From Macrostomum lignano (lineage: Eukaryota), in NCBI GenBank assembly GCA_002269645.1, contig NIVC01002520.1:1-64000 (forward strand): a stretch of DNA of 64,000 bases, written 5' to 3'. This document shows, piece by piece, positions 1 to 15,000 of the stretch. Numbering within the stretch: position 1 is the stretch's first letter; the number at the start of each line of letters is the position of its first letter. Under the pieces are notes generated by a model. The model was not told the DNA's origin, ran no database searches, and worked only from the letters and a program-made list of their open reading frames with translations. The position numbers were made by a program, and so were the translations under genes.

Positions 1-3000
1 AATCTCCAGACTCGGCCTCACCCCGATTCGCATCGAACTCAGCTGGAGGTCGCTCTCACCGGACGGCACCGCCCTGCCAATCCTTCTGCAAGTCTCGCCC
101 AAGCCGGAGGTGAACTTCGGCGCTGTCCAGCTGAACAACCCGGCCGATGCGGCTTTCACGCTGGCCAACCAATCCGAGACGGCCTACCGGTGCTGTTCGC
201 GTTCCGCAAGATCGCCCACTTCAATGCCAGACCAGAGCGAGGTCAAATTGAGCCAGGCCGCGAGCTGCTCAGCGTCACCTTGCCGAGGTTTGGCAACTTC
301 GACGTCCAATTGGAGATCTGCATAACTCGTCGGGTGGCCGATGATAGCAAGATCCGCTAACGGATTGTTATCCATTCGGTGAGCTCACATAGTAGAACCG
401 TGCAGAAACATTTCCAAACTTCAGTTGAAGTGGCGTGAAAAATGAAAGCTACTACTATTACCGTGTTTTTTAGTAGACAAGGTAGCTCTTGATTATCTGT
501 CAACCTCTGCGGCTGTCACCTCGACTTTAACCAATCAACCTCGCTTGTCACTCCGCCCGTCACAGGTGTTCATGCGCGCTCTCCGGCTCCTGTCGCGTGT
601 TCGGCACTCAGCCAGCCGGTCGCTTCAACCCCGGCATCACCCGCTGGTGGCCAACGAAGTCGGCCTGTGCACCGACACCCGATTCGACGAGCTAAACGAA
701 CGGCCGGTGCAGCCTCCGCTGGCGGCGCTGGTGGCCACACGAATGCCCGGCTGCATCGGCACATCTCGGCCGACGAGGCAGCGGCGGCGACGGTAAGCGT
801 CGGAAACAAGCGCGCATCGCCTTCCCGAATGATCGAGCCGCCAGCCTGCCACCGGAGCGGCGTGGACTATTGGTGAGGATTGGCGCTGGTCGTTAAAGTT
901 CCCTTGGACTGTCTATCCGAAGTACAGTACGCCTCGTATATTCCCAGCAGTCTAAACTTCATAAACTAAACTTCAGTAGTGATCAGTTGCACTAACCATC
1001 CTCCTCATACCAACTGAGCACCCTGTTCACCGCGAGTGAAGCGACACAACTTCGTAGACCCGGACTATGCCTACGAAGACTCCGAAGTAGAGCGCGTCCG
1101 TCAGCACAAGCAGGGCTACGCCGATAGCCAGAGAAACGAACGGAGAATCTCATTGTGTCTCAGCGGGACCGGCGATTAAACGGTTCGAGAATGACAAGAT
1201 ATGGCATGATTCCCGCCATGGGGATGAGGCCTGTCAAGCTGGGACTTGAAGACCTGCGGCCTGATACGCCTCGTGAGTTGGAGGGAAGCGTCTGAATGGC
1301 AATGGATTTTTTAGGTCGGGTGAGATTCCATTATTAGCTATGAGACTCAGTTAGGTAGGTATGAGCTTAACTTAGGTGGGTATGAGATTCGGTTAGTTAG
1401 GTATGAGATTCGGTTAGGTAGGTATGAGATTCGGTTAGGTAGATTCGGTTAGGTAGGTATGAGATTCGGTTAGGTAGGTATGAGATTCGTTGGGTAGGTA
1501 TGAGATTCGGTTGGGTAGGTCTGAGATTCGGTTAGGTAGGTCTGAGATGCGGTTATAGGGGTGAGATTCGGTTGGGTAGGTATGAGATTCGGTTAGGTAG
1601 GTCTGAGATGCGGTTATAGGGGTGAGATTCGGTTGAGTAGGTAAGAGATTCGGTTGGGTAGGTATGAGATTCGGTTAGGTAGGTATGAGATTCGGTTGGG
1701 TAGGTATGAGATTCGGTTAGATAGGTATGAGATTCGGTTGGGTAGCTATGAGATTCGTTGGGTAGGCCTGAGATTCGGTTGGGTAGGTATGAGATTCGGT
1801 TGGGTAGGTCTGAGATTCGGTTGGGTAGGTATGAGATTCGGTTAGGTAGGTATGAGATTCGGTTGGGTAGGTATGAGATTCGGTTGGGTAGGTATGAGAT
1901 TCGGTTGGGTAGGTATGAGATTCGGTTGGGTAGGTCTGAGATTCGGTTGGGTAGCTATGAGATTCGGTTGGGTAGGTCTGAGATTCGGTTGGGTAGGTAT
2001 GAATTCGGTTGGGTAGGTATGAGATTCGGTTGGGTAGGTATGAGATTCGGTTGGGTAGGTCTGAGATTCGGTTGGGTAGGTATGAGATTCGGTTGGGTAG
2101 GTATGAGATTCGGTTGGGTAGGTAAGATTCGGTTAGGTAGGTATGAGATTCGGTTGGGTAGCTATGAGATTCGGTTGGGTACCAGGGTAGGTCTGAGATT
2201 CGTTGGGTAGGTATGAGATTCGGTTGGGTAGGTATGAGATTCGGTTGGGTAGCTATGAGATTCGTTGGGTAGCTATGAGATTCGGTTGGGTACCAGGGGT
2301 AGGTCTGAGATTCAGTTGGGTAGGTATGAGATTCGGTTAGGTATATGAGATTCGGTTGGGTAGCTATGAGATTCGGTTGGGTACTATGGGGTGTTGGCTA
2401 TGAGATTCGGTTGGGTACCAGGTACTATGAGATTCGGTTGGGTAGGTATGAGATTCGTTGGGTAGGTATGAGATTCGGTTGGGTAGGTATGAGATTCAGT
2501 TTTAAAGCTATGAAAGTTCAGCTATGTGATTTTGTATCAATTTCAACGCATTTCAGCGAATGCCAAGTTCACATATTATCATCCAGTCAGGCCAGGTTAG
2601 AGGTTCATCTAGGCTTTTGTGGATTTTTTATTTTTACTCAAATTTTATCCATCCTCTGCGCATAACTTTTTCACGGAATATGTATCGAGATTTCACCTAA
2701 ACACAATGCTATTTGTTGTATTTGTCACCAGAAGGGACTCTTGAAAATGGTTTACAATGGTCAGGAAATTGTCACAAACCATATGAGAAGTTTGTTTACC
2801 TTTAATCAATGTTGCACAATATCGTGGGTCAGCTTGTCAACAGAAAAGTTTTTTTAATTCCCGAAATTACCCTCTACTGACTTTAGCGCGGATGTTTCAC
2901 CTGTTTTTATTTTTTGCTGACCAGCTCATTAAAAGCAGAAAATAGCAAAGCAGTAACCTCCTGCTATTTAATTCGGTGTTTTGCAGCTCCTGAGCCGCCA

Positions 3001-6000
3001 AACAAAGTGTTCCAACTGCTCAGGTCCAGGATGTCAAGGAGACAGCGGCCAACCAGACGGCCAAGGACGGCCTGGGCGCGGTGCCGATGAGCCAGAAGGA
3101 GAAGGAGGAGTGCCGCATGCTGCTGCGGCCGCAAGAGCTACACCAGGTTGTCATCACCCCCGGCACCATCGATTTCGGCGTCGTCTGCCTTCGTTCCGTG
3201 GTCACCCGCGAGCTGATAGTGATGAACAACCTTGAGACGAGCATCCACCTGTGGTGGTGGAGATTGACTGCCGCGAGCTGCGCCACTCCAGCCCGCTCAG
3301 CCAGGTGGTGCCGCCCAAGTCCAAGGCTCTGGTGCCGCTAATCTTTGAGTCCGCCCTCCAGGGCCGATTCCAACGAAACGTCAGCTATGTGATCAACGGT
3401 AACTATCGAAATCACGTGATCGCTCTGGCCGAAGTTGTGCCCGTACAGCTTGAGCTGAGCACCCAAGAGCTCGAGGTCGTGCCATGCGAAGGCCAACCAG
3501 CTGAGGCTGGAATCCGGGGCGTCATCACCCTGTACAACCGGCTGAACCACCCGGCCGAGTTCAGCTGGGAGCCGGTGCTGAAGGAGCGCCAGCACACCGC
3601 CTTCTCAATCAGGCCCCGAGCCGGCGTGGTCGAAGCTTTCAAAGACATCGACTGCGAGGTTGTCTTTCGGCCGTCGTTCAACGCGCCAGACGAAGGCTAC
3701 TTCCGATTGCACGTCGAGGGCGGAAACGATTTGAATTTAAAGTGCGTGGCCAAGTTTGGCCCACAAACGTACAGTTCGTCAATCGTCGCGTGATGTTTGG
3801 CTCGGTGCCGCTCAACATGACCACGGTGAAGAAGGCTGTCCTGGTGAATAATTCTCAGAACCACGCGTACTTTCACGTGATCAACAGCAAGCCCTGGCCT
3901 GGCATGGAGCTCGAGCCGCTAAGCGGCGTTGTCCCAGTCGGCGGACAGAAAGAGATTCGAATCTCGTTTACTCCGTCGGCTGTGTCAAAGTTCGACTGCG
4001 GCACTCGGGTCGCCATCCGCGGCTGGCGCGACCTGGAGCTGCGCATGGGCGGCACAATCCTGTCGCCGTGCGTCGACATTCCGTTAAAAGAGTTCAACTT
4101 TGATGGCGTGTACGTTGGCGCGAGCAAGTCGATCAGCTTCGAGCTGGTCAATCAAACGCAGACAGACTCGCGACTCGAGTTCGATTTGAAACGGTATCCG
4201 GACTTCTCGCTCGACTTCGGCGGTCGGGCGAGCCCAGAGGACCTGGCTAATCCTGGAGTTCACACGGTGACGCTCCGTCCTGAGGAGACTTTAAAAGCTG
4301 TGCTCACTTTCCGGCCCAAGGAAGTGGCGTCTTACAGCTTTCTGATGCCGGTGGTAATCAACAACACTCGAGCGCCGAGTCCTGCCGCTACTCCAGTAAG
4401 TTGCTAATTCGTACAAAGTTAAGTTTGTACTGCGAGCTTGTATATATTAAAACAGAATTTGTACGACCTTACTATCCCGCTTAAGTTGTAGATAGTGTAT
4501 CGTAGTTGGAAGATTCATTATAAAATACACCAAACCATGCAAACCGTAGGTGCCTCCGTCGCCAGCGCCCACCGTGAAGGACGGCATCAGCATGTCTCGC
4601 ATCGACTCGGCCACGAGTAGCAGCAGCGGTCGCGTCGGCTGGACGCCTCACGTGCCCGTGGTGCAGACGCCCCGCAAGCTGGTCAAAGGCATCGCCCTGC
4701 GTCCGGTGCTGCGCCTCTCGCGTCGCGAGTTCGCCTTCCAGCTGGCGCCTGAGGCGCTCCAGGATCAACTGGACGCGCAGGTGTCGCCGACGCCACCGCC
4801 GTTGAACCAGGCGACACCGGCGAATAACCGTCTGCAGCTGCTGACACTGGAGAACACGGGAGACTCAGCCATCACATGGGCTGTAGACCTGCCAAACAGT
4901 CAGAAGGCCCTCCGAGACTCCTGCTTCAGCCTGACTCCAATCGAGGGTACCGAAGCTGCGCCGAGGAGGCGAGCAGCGAATCTGGACGTCGCCTTTTCGG
5001 CCGTCTCGAGCCCGCAGCCACAGTCACCCTGACCGTGCAGTTCTCACCAAGGAGCCCAGGCCAATTTAAAGCCCGTCTACCTGTGGTTATCAACGACGAC
5101 TGGCAGTTCCCCTACGATCACCTGACCCTGCGAGGCGAGCTCACCTGGCCTAGCATCACTTTCGTTCCGCCGGCACTCACCCTGACGCCGTGCCCGCTGC
5201 ACTCGGCCATCTCCGTGCAGTTCTCAATACTGGCTGCCAACTACGCTGCGCCCAGTCGGCTAGAATTCACCTTGCCGCAGGTCGAAGCCGACGACGGTTC
5301 ACCGATCAAACCGCTCCGCCTAGAATACATCGACGGTCGCGGACCGGATATTTTCCCGGCCACAAAAGATCCTGACGCGAACGGTGGCGGAAGTGACGCT
5401 TCGTTGGCGCAGCTGATCGAGCTCAGGTGCCGCCTGACGTTCGAGGCCAGCACGCCGGTATCGATCAGCAAGGAGATCCTCTTCCAGGACAGCTTTGGCA
5501 ACCAGACCCGACTTCCCGTCTCCGCCACCGCCGATAACTGCCTTCTGACACTCTACCCGTTCGTTTTGAAGCATCGAGAAGACTATCACATCGTGACTGA
5601 GCAAGGAAAACTACTCGAAGGTCGTCGAGCTGCTCAACAATTGCCAGCAACTGAAACTGGCGAGCCGCAGATGGTCGCCTGTCGAGCCGAGGATCTGTCG
5701 GGCCTGGCAGCTGCATCGAGCAGGCCGAGCACCACAGCGACCAGCTCCAATTTTGAAGACTCGAGCACCTCCTACGAGGAGACCCTGACAGAGTCGGCTG
5801 CATCCAACACGCCACGCGACGGCGCGGTGAACAATCCCGCGTCGAGTAGCAAAGCCACTGGGCAGTCGGGTCCGCACGTTCCCGGCATGGTTGGCAAGAC
5901 CGGCAAAACCCGTTGGCCGGATCATGCCCTAACGGAGAGCAGCTCCGATGGCCTAGTGGATGAGAACTATCACCTGGAACGGGAAGGACTGTTTTATCGG

Positions 6001-9000
6001 TGAGTCGCTATTTTCAAATGTTGCCAGGCATTTTCTGCCAACGCTGCAAGTTAAGAAGAGTTAGTTTTGGTTAGTACCCAGCTACGAGCTAGATTTTCTG
6101 TGATAGAGGTAGCAACTCTAAGCTGCTGTAGAAATACAAGGTGTGAGTGGCAGCTCTGACAGTGTCAGTACTTTACAACAGTGCTCGAGTACCGACTGAA
6201 AACAAATTCTTTGAAGAAAAATGTTTATATTTGAATTAGAGCCAATCGGAAATTAGATAGACTATCAGGAGACAACCCTGTTTCGGCTAGAGATTGTCAT
6301 TGTTAAAGTACGCTTTTAGTTTCTAGTCAAGAGCTACGGGTAAGTTTCTAGTAGAACATTAGAAGTTTTCAGTTTTAGAAACTAATGGTAATCTGCAGCG
6401 CCCCCTGTTGATGAGCCAACAAAGAATAGAATTTTTTTAATAAAATACATGTAGCCTCTGACCTCTCAGCCTTGACGTCTCGGCAATCGTAGAAAAATAC
6501 TACAGTAGGCTTGGAATAAACGTTTCTGGTGCTTTCGGTCTTAGATACTAGTCAGGGAATCTGGTCGAACCGACAAAATCAATTGATGCTCTTCCGCCAA
6601 CCCGCAGCGACATGCTGAGCATAGTCCAGCGCTGGTTCACCAACTACGGCTGGCCAGGCGGCCAGTTCCCCGTCACGGTGCCGAACAGCATGCGCAGCGG
6701 CCTGTCGCGGAAGCAGCAATCCGACGAGCAAGACGACAGTAGCAATCGAAAGAAGAAATCAACTACGTCGAACGACAAAGACGGTAACAAAGACGGAAAC
6801 AACGCCGGTGGCAAAGGTGCCGCCCTTGACTCCGGCGGCGGTAAAAGCGAAGTGAAGACTATCTACGACATGATTACACACCTGTGCGGCAGGCCGGCCC
6901 CGGGCATCCCAATTAGCGCTGCTTTGCCCAGCCAGGCAGCCGAGCGGGTGAAGCAGATCTACTGGCAGCACGCCACTCTGCTGACCTTCCTGCGCAGTCA
7001 GGGTGGCTGCTTGGCCTCAGTCCGGCCAGAGCATCTCATGGAGCCCAAGGACTACCGCTGTTGGAAGTCACTTCAGGCTAAGAAGCCAAATTCTGCTGCA
7101 GAAGCTTCCGGCTCACCTGAGTCCATCGAAGATGACGGATTGGAGCCTTCGCCGGGTCGTCTGGTACGCGACGTTGAAGAGGCTGGACGCGATGAAGAGC
7201 TGTTCGAATGCGTTTCTAAACGGGCCTGGACAGATGTCCTGCTGCAGATACTCAAGACGCTGGTGTTGTACAAGGTGAGGATGGATATGCTTGGATCAAG
7301 GTACCTAAGTCGAATGAGAAAGTAAAAGCATTTACACGAGTAACTGTATGTAGCAGAGCTCACATATAAATACCTTTGGTTACGTAGGTCAAAGGCGGAA
7401 AATTTTGAGTCAGATAGAAATGGATTTGATCAGTTAGGTCAATCAGTAAATATATTGGATCAGGTAGATCAAACAAAGGAATTTTTTCTATTCTTTCTTC
7501 CCCAGGTGACACCGCGCAGCTTCAAGAACCTTCGCCAGCCGGACCCTCACATGCCGCTACCGAGCATCAGCCTGTCGCCATTGGCATCGAATGTGTACAC
7601 GGTCAACGAGCGGATCTTGCTAGCCTGGCTGAACCATTTCTACGACAACTACAGGACAAAGATCTGGACTGACGGAGACAAGGGTGAGCTTGAAAATCGA
7701 AAAGCCTCAAAATATCGCATCTTTCAGAATATTGGAATTATAAAAGAAATTTCACTCCGATGGCATTTTTCTAAGAGCTTTTTAAATCTTGTCAATCAAT
7801 ATTCATAAAACCGGTCTCTAGTGAGCTTCAAACGATTTTCTGATTTAGCGTCCTCCTTAAGCATTTGAACACTGCAAACAATGAATTTGATCCCTACCAA
7901 CACCTACCAACAATTCTTACTTCAGGCGGGGTACCACCCGCTCGATGGGTAATCAACTTCGACCACGACCTCCTCGATGGCCTGGTCCTGGCTGCTGTGA
8001 TTGGCGCCCACTGCCCCTACCTGATTGACAGTCATCTGCGCGGCATGTACACCGCCCCAAGCACTCCTGAGCAGTGCCTGCACAACTCTCTCCGAGTGGT
8101 CAACGCTATGCGTTTTGTTGGACTGGACTTCGACGTTCAAGCGCTTGACTTGACCGCTCCGAATCCGGTTCTGCTGATGCTGCTGTGCGTGTACCTGTAC
8201 CAGACCCTGCCGCAGTACATCATCAAATCCAACGTTGACTTCTCCGGCGGCCTGCATCAGACCTGTTCGCGTCAGGTGACCTTGGTGAACCCGGTGGCGA
8301 AAACGCCGGCCTACCGGGCAGCCCTGGCCGGCCGGGACGCCGCCGACTTCTCCCTGCCGAAAGGCGACCTCGTCTCGCTGCCTCCCAAAGGCCGGGTGCC
8401 CGTCAGCGTGGAGTTTCGCTCCCGATTCCTTCGGCCAGCCGAGGCCGTCCTGCTGCTCATCGGCCGACCGTCCGGGCCGCATCAGGGTTCTACCCAGGTG
8501 TTTCGCTTGGTAACCCAGGTGAATTCTATTCAACCAATCAGCACGGTTCAGGTGGCATCTCATTGCTACGAGTTGAAGCCGGTCAGACTAAATGTCGTCA
8601 ATCCGTTCAACTGCGAAGCCGTATTCGCGGTGTCACTTGTCGAAGGCGGCACCGACCAGCTGCTGCTAAATGCGTGCGAAAAGCGTCAACAACAGCAGCA
8701 ACAGCAACAGCAGCAGGAGAGGCAAATCGAAAGGAAAAAGTCCAAGCAAGGTCCACCGCCGCCGCGCAGCGTGGACACCAAAGGCGCCCAGAGCCGCCCC
8801 GAGCCGCCAGTTTCTATGAAATCGTTCTTCTGTCACGTGCCAGAAATTCGACTGGCGCCGCGCGGCAGCGCCGAGATCGACATGAACTTCCTGCCGTTCC
8901 AGGTGGACAAGAAGCAGTGCTCAGTGGTGCTGCGCAACCCCACCGTTGGCGAGTTCGTCTACGGAGTCGAGGCGGTGGCGGACCTGCCCGTGCCGACAAG

Positions 9001-12000
9001 AATTCCAATGGAGGAGGCCAACGCAACGCCGGGTGCGCCGCCGACAAAGACCGTTCGAATCAGCAGCGCTGTTGCAGCTAGTGAGTCTTTGTTTTCTGTT
9101 TCTCATAGTGGCACTATTGATAGTATAAAGCAGACAAAAATTTACAATATTGTCCGGTAATTTTTCTGATAGGAATGATTGACACATACTCCTCTGTAGT
9201 ACATTTTGTAGTACAGTTATCATTGTGTTTTAATTTATTTGAATCTCCTTAAGTTTGTACGTTCACTGGTTGCTACTTTTAGTAGGGACTATTGTGTTTT
9301 AATTTATTTGAATCTCCTTAAGTTTGTACGTTCACTGGTAGCTACTTTTAGTAGGGACTATTGTGTTTTAATTTATTTGAATCTCCTTAAGTTTGTACGT
9401 TCACTGGTTGCTACTTTTAGTAGGGACTATTTCAGTTTATCAAATCACACAGTGAGTTAACAGGAATTATGATGGTAACTTTAATTTACGCATTTGTCAG
9501 TTTTCGGGCTTCCTTACTCGCTGGATCAAACCTGCCTACCTCAAAAACAGTTAATTAGAGGTTTACCTTCCCGCAAACGCATTCTCGCAGGCCGCGGTCA
9601 GAGCAGCGTTGTACACGATCACTCCATCGTGTACTGGCGCACCGAAGCCAACAAGGAGGTCAAGGAGGTGCTAAAAATTCCTCTAATTAACGAATACAAA
9701 GAGAAAGCACTGCTCCAGGCGGCACAGCAGCATCTCAGCCTCAAGGAGGTGCAACGGCGTCGAGTGACGGGCACGCTTGAGTCTGGAACCCTCGTGGAGA
9801 AGGCCATGGAAATGCTGAGCGCTGTTGGCGTTGATGGCAAGAAACTGGAGAAGACTAACAGCTCGATTGAAAGGGTATTTAGCAGTTCTTTTTCAGTATC
9901 TTAATACTGCTTTGTTACTCAAAATCTACTTTCGATGCATCTAAAATTAGCTTTTTTATTTATTTACAGCGCAAGTTCCAGTTCAGCAAGGAGACAATCG
10001 ACTTTCAAGTGGAGCTGGACTCTCATCACTTCCGTGCTCCATCCGTGATCAGCATTCCGCATCCTAGGAGCACTGATAATTCGTTGAAGAAAGGTAAATC
10101 TATTTATTGATCTATTTTACTGCCGGTGAATGCATAGCTGAATGCATGATCTTGAGTGGTATTTGATCGTCGAATGAGCCGATTTAGGGCAGTCTTGGTC
10201 CGGATAAGAATTAGGGTCGTTCTCAAAGTTTAGTCGTAAGCAGTGAAACAAATATTTTTGAAAATCAGCCTGAAATATTGAATCTTTTCTTATTTTAGCT
10301 CTAAAAGGACTTAAAAAATATATGCCTCTCATGGGTCTTAATCTTTTTTAACATTGAACTTTTGATGTTAATCTCATCAGAGTGCGCTATTTCATTTTTC
10401 GATATATATTTTTATTATCGCACGAGTTATAATACCCACTTTAGAGAAGCTACATTCTGTTCACGTGGTCTTATTAAAGAAGAAAATTGATAAATGTTAT
10501 TTATAACTTTGGTTAGCACAACCTAGAACCCATTTAACTCTTTGGATTGCAAAGCAGATGTTGCTATTTCGATTTTTGCTAGAAACGTAACATTATGAAT
10601 GATAAAAAAATCCACTTTTAATTAATTTGTTCTGTTGATAGAATACGCTAATAGCTGCGTTTTCTGCTGTTTTTTAAGAAAGATAGTCATATCTAACACT
10701 AAAGTATCAATTAAGGCAGTTTCATTCTATATTAAGAAAGAAAAGTTAAATAAATTCAATTTTAAGTTTTTTTCAATAGCACAAAATTAACCTAACAAAG
10801 AGAGATTTCGCTGACTACAACAAAGCAAGTAGCACCAAAGTTATTTTAATTTAAAGTCCTCATCTGTGGGATGAGAAAAAGTACCACTTTTTTGTCTCTA
10901 GTTATGAAAAAAAAATTTCTCAGCACATTGTTAGGTTTTTTGGATGTTTTTTTATGTACGCTCGTAATTTAGATGAATTTTTGCTATTGATCACCCAATA
11001 TGTTAGTCAGAACAAACAGAATTTGATTTATGTAGATAAAATTGACTTTTTTTCTCTTAAAAACAGTCGTTTTTTGTTGTTTTCACACAATTTTTTCAAC
11101 TGATTTAAAATTTGTATTGTAAGTTACAAGTAAACATAATGAGTCAAAACAAGAGTAGAAGAAAGTAGTAGAAAGTAGTAGTAGAAGAAAGAGAGTAGTA
11201 GAAACTGAAAAGAAAATAAGAGTAACGAATAATAAAAAAGTTGCATGATTTGATTAGTCAAGAAATAGTATTAAAAAAATTTTGTATCTGATTTATTATC
11301 AATGAAATTAGCTGTCTGAAGCACAAAAAATTAATTTCTTTGAAACATTAAATTCATTCTCATATGTTCTGCAATTCATTAAAGATATACATGTAGCAAC
11401 TTAAACATTCAGTTGATACTTTCCACCTTTGGATGCATATAGCTACTAACAAGAAAAAAGACAAAAGAAAAAACTTAATTGCCATTGATGCTGGCAATGT
11501 AATATTAAATATGGTACAGAAAGATGGAATCTCTACAGAGTGCTGCCACACGAATTTTTGAAGTGTTTAACAGATAAGTCATGGCAGTACCATAACAGAC
11601 ATACTATATTTTATATTACTCTTCGATTGACAATTACGCTTTAGATATGTTTTAGATGATGATTTTCCATTGGGACTGACTCTATATACCGAGGCCAGAC
11701 ACAGTTAAGTGCGGCTGACAGCACTGAAGCGGCGGTTAACAGAGAATGCGATGAGCTGTGGCCTGTGGAGACAGCCAGCTGATGTACGAGCATCAGTAGA
11801 AGGGAAAGACATCCAATAGTGTCTTGCTATTGGTTTGTTACATGTACAGCGAACATCTACTTTTATTCTAATGTGATCGATTTAATTCTACTGACCCAAT
11901 TGGCTAAAGCACTGTAAACTGCACACCTCTCGGACGGATATGTAATGCCATTTGCTGCACTTTTACCTGTTTCTCTGCCAGAACACCAGCATCATTGTAT

Positions 12001-15000
12001 GTGCCACAATGCTAAGATGTGCAGTGGTCCTTTGGGTGTGGTTAGTTCTGCAGGCATCGACGTAATTTATCAAATGAGACGAATTGTATACCGAGCATTA
12101 CAGCTAGTGCAGGGCCAGAATCGATTACAGAGGTTCGCCAGAGCAATTGCAGTGATCCATGTGGCTGCCGAGTCAGACGTCTGTAATAGGCTAATTAACT
12201 TACCAAGACCAAAGTATTTAATTTAAATTTATAAGCTGTTCTTTTAGTAGTTATGCAGCCTAATTACATAAGAAAATAGTATAGTAAAATAGTAAAATAG
12301 TATTAAAGCTATGTTGCAGAATATAAATGCTTGCTGAAGTATTTTTTTTTAAAAACGCAAGTCTGTTCGAAAAAAGATACATGCATTTTAGGTTTTAAAA
12401 GAAATGGCTTCCTAGCTCGTTTACTATATATATTCTAATTCAAAAAAACTTTTAATGCTTTAAAAGACATATTTTGCAAGCCTAATTTTTAGCTAAACCA
12501 GTTTTGTATATTTTAAGCTTCATATTTCGGTGTTTAAGTACAATAATTAAGTTCTTGAGTGGTACAATATCAATTAATTCGGGTGTTTCTTGTTACGCGA
12601 TAATTTTAAATACAAGCAATTTATACGAAAAAAACAAAATGTTGATTTAAAAATAACATTTTCTATTGAAATAATACTTATTAAATAGTAAACATAGAAT
12701 AAAAGATGTATCTAATTCATAAAAAAATAAAAGAAAACTTGCATTATTTCACAATTTTTGGTCGTTTTATTTTCCGTTGCGAAAAATAACAAATTGCTAG
12801 ATTTCGTCTTAAATATTTGGTTTCTTGTGGTTTTAACGGCAGTTTTTTAATTAAATTGACGAAAGAATCGTTTTTGCAAAATAATTACTTTATTCAAAAA
12901 CTTTTTTTTCTGTACCAAAACATCATGACCTTAATTTGAGAACTACCCATTATAAGAACACCCATACAGATCATTCAAGCTTGGCTTGTACTTCACTCTT
13001 CTGATAACTACGAACATTTGTTTATAAAACTCGATAATCCGTCCCTGAAATTCCCTCAGACCCGACTGTCACAACTTTCGACCTGCCGTTGGAGTTTCGT
13101 CCGAAGCGACCGGGCGTCTACCCGGTGACGATTATCTTGAAAGCCAACGACGATGTCAGGCTATTCCGCGTCGAATGCATCGTCATTCCGGAGGGCTTCT
13201 CGGCCGAGCTGCAATTCGAAAGTCCCGTCAATCAAGCCGTCCTGCAGAACATTCCCGTGATCAACCAGACTAAGGACGATTGGCGGCTGAAAGCGGAGAT
13301 GCACGGCGTCAACTTCCACGGGCCGGACTACCTGCTGGCCAAGGCGTACAAAACCACCAGCTATCCGTTGACGTTTAAGCCGACGCACGAAGGCGAAGCC
13401 ACCGGTCGGCTGCTGCTAACTAATTTGGACGACGGCACTGAGCACTGCTACGTCCTTGGCGGCATCGGTCGCAAGCCGCTAGCGTTGGACCATCTGGTGT
13501 TCGACTGCCAGGTTGGAGAGTCAATCACCCGAGTGGTGCTGGTGCCAAACAATTCCAAGCGGAAGCTGCTCTATCAGGTGGAGAGCAATCTGTCATTTGT
13601 TGGCGGCAAGAAAGAAGTGACGGTACTGCCGGGAAGGCAGGTTGAGTACACAATCGTCATTGCGCCGAACAAGAGAGGCAAATTTGATGGTAAGTATGGT
13701 ATATTTTTACCGTATCTATCAAAAGTGGAATAAATATTTATTGCTGACACAGATGAAAAAATATTGGAGGTAACTAATTTTGTATACTAGTAAAAGACTA
13801 TAATTGGAAAAATAAGACACTATAATAGAATGAATTCTACCAAAACTTATAGTGCGTCAATGGTAAAAAATAAGAATTTCAGAAGGTTTCTATCCGTGAT
13901 GTTATAAGTACAGTTTATCCGTCTACAACTATTCTTGACTGCAAAATTACAAAAAATGAAAAGTTAAAAGAAAATCTACTGAACACCTACAGAACCTCTT
14001 TGATGACTTTCATAGACTTGCTGTTTAGGTGCAACGGCATGCACAGATAAATAACCAGACGAGATTCGCGACCTCGCAACCGATTCACTAGCTGGTAGAG
14101 CCAGAAGTAGCTGGTCTCGGCGTACTCGCAGAAGTTCAACTTCAACAGGTACTTGGCTTCTACGTCGTTGTCCATGGTTTCGCTGACCACCGATGACAGC
14201 AGGCCGGTGACGAAGTTGATGAACAGAGTGGGCACGAGAAGAACGAAGAAGAAATGTGTCACCAGCAGGTCGACTCGATCCGGCTGTGGTAGGAAAAGCC
14301 CGGTGTCCAAGACGTTCAGCGTCAGCAGAAACGACTGGTAGAATGATTCGGCGAAGCTGAACCGTCTCGCGCCGGCCTGGGTACCGCCGCTGCAGTTACC
14401 TGAAGTCGAGTCGGTTGGCCATACGAAACGGCCAGAAGCTTGGAATAGTCGGGCAAAAATGCTTAATAGTAGTATGTAGCAGAGAAGGAAATTGGCGAAC
14501 ATTGAAAAGCTCTTATAGAAACTATTGATAAACTTGGACATGACCATTGCTAGGCGACTTAAGACCAGAACAGACAGAATGCTAGCCAAGACGTAAAAGA
14601 GCATGATGCAGCCCATGAAGCTGCGTAGTCTATCAGCTCCGATAGACTTGCATACCGCTTCCGGACTGATACCCAAAAAGATAATTACAATAGCCAAGAT
14701 TGCGGATGTTACATAGGGAACCTGCCAGCGCAGTGCGCTATTCAGGCCTGTCCGAAAAAAGGACGGGTAGTTATTTGATTGCCGGTACTTCAATTTTCGT
14801 CTCTCGCCCAGCACACTAATGACAGCCTGCCAGGTGCTTGCAAACAAACTGTAGCCAACGATCACCAGAAATCCTGTCGGTAATCGCTGTCCATTGCTAT
14901 TGTTGCACCTCTCAACCATGTAGTCGCCAACCTCGTAGTCAAAAAAGATAAGCGTCAGGCTGCAGTGCAGAATCCTTTCAACGAAGTACACAACTAGGAG

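Noticed and set aside
1654-2665. Repeat-peptide ORFs (RYEIRLG / MRFGWVG)
   Set aside because: Translation of the 21-bp satellite; intronic, with no coding signal.
11690-12230. GC-richer island and 93-aa ORF in the AT-rich CFAP47 intron
   Set aside because: No recognisable motif or consistent splice phase; probably a decayed repeat.
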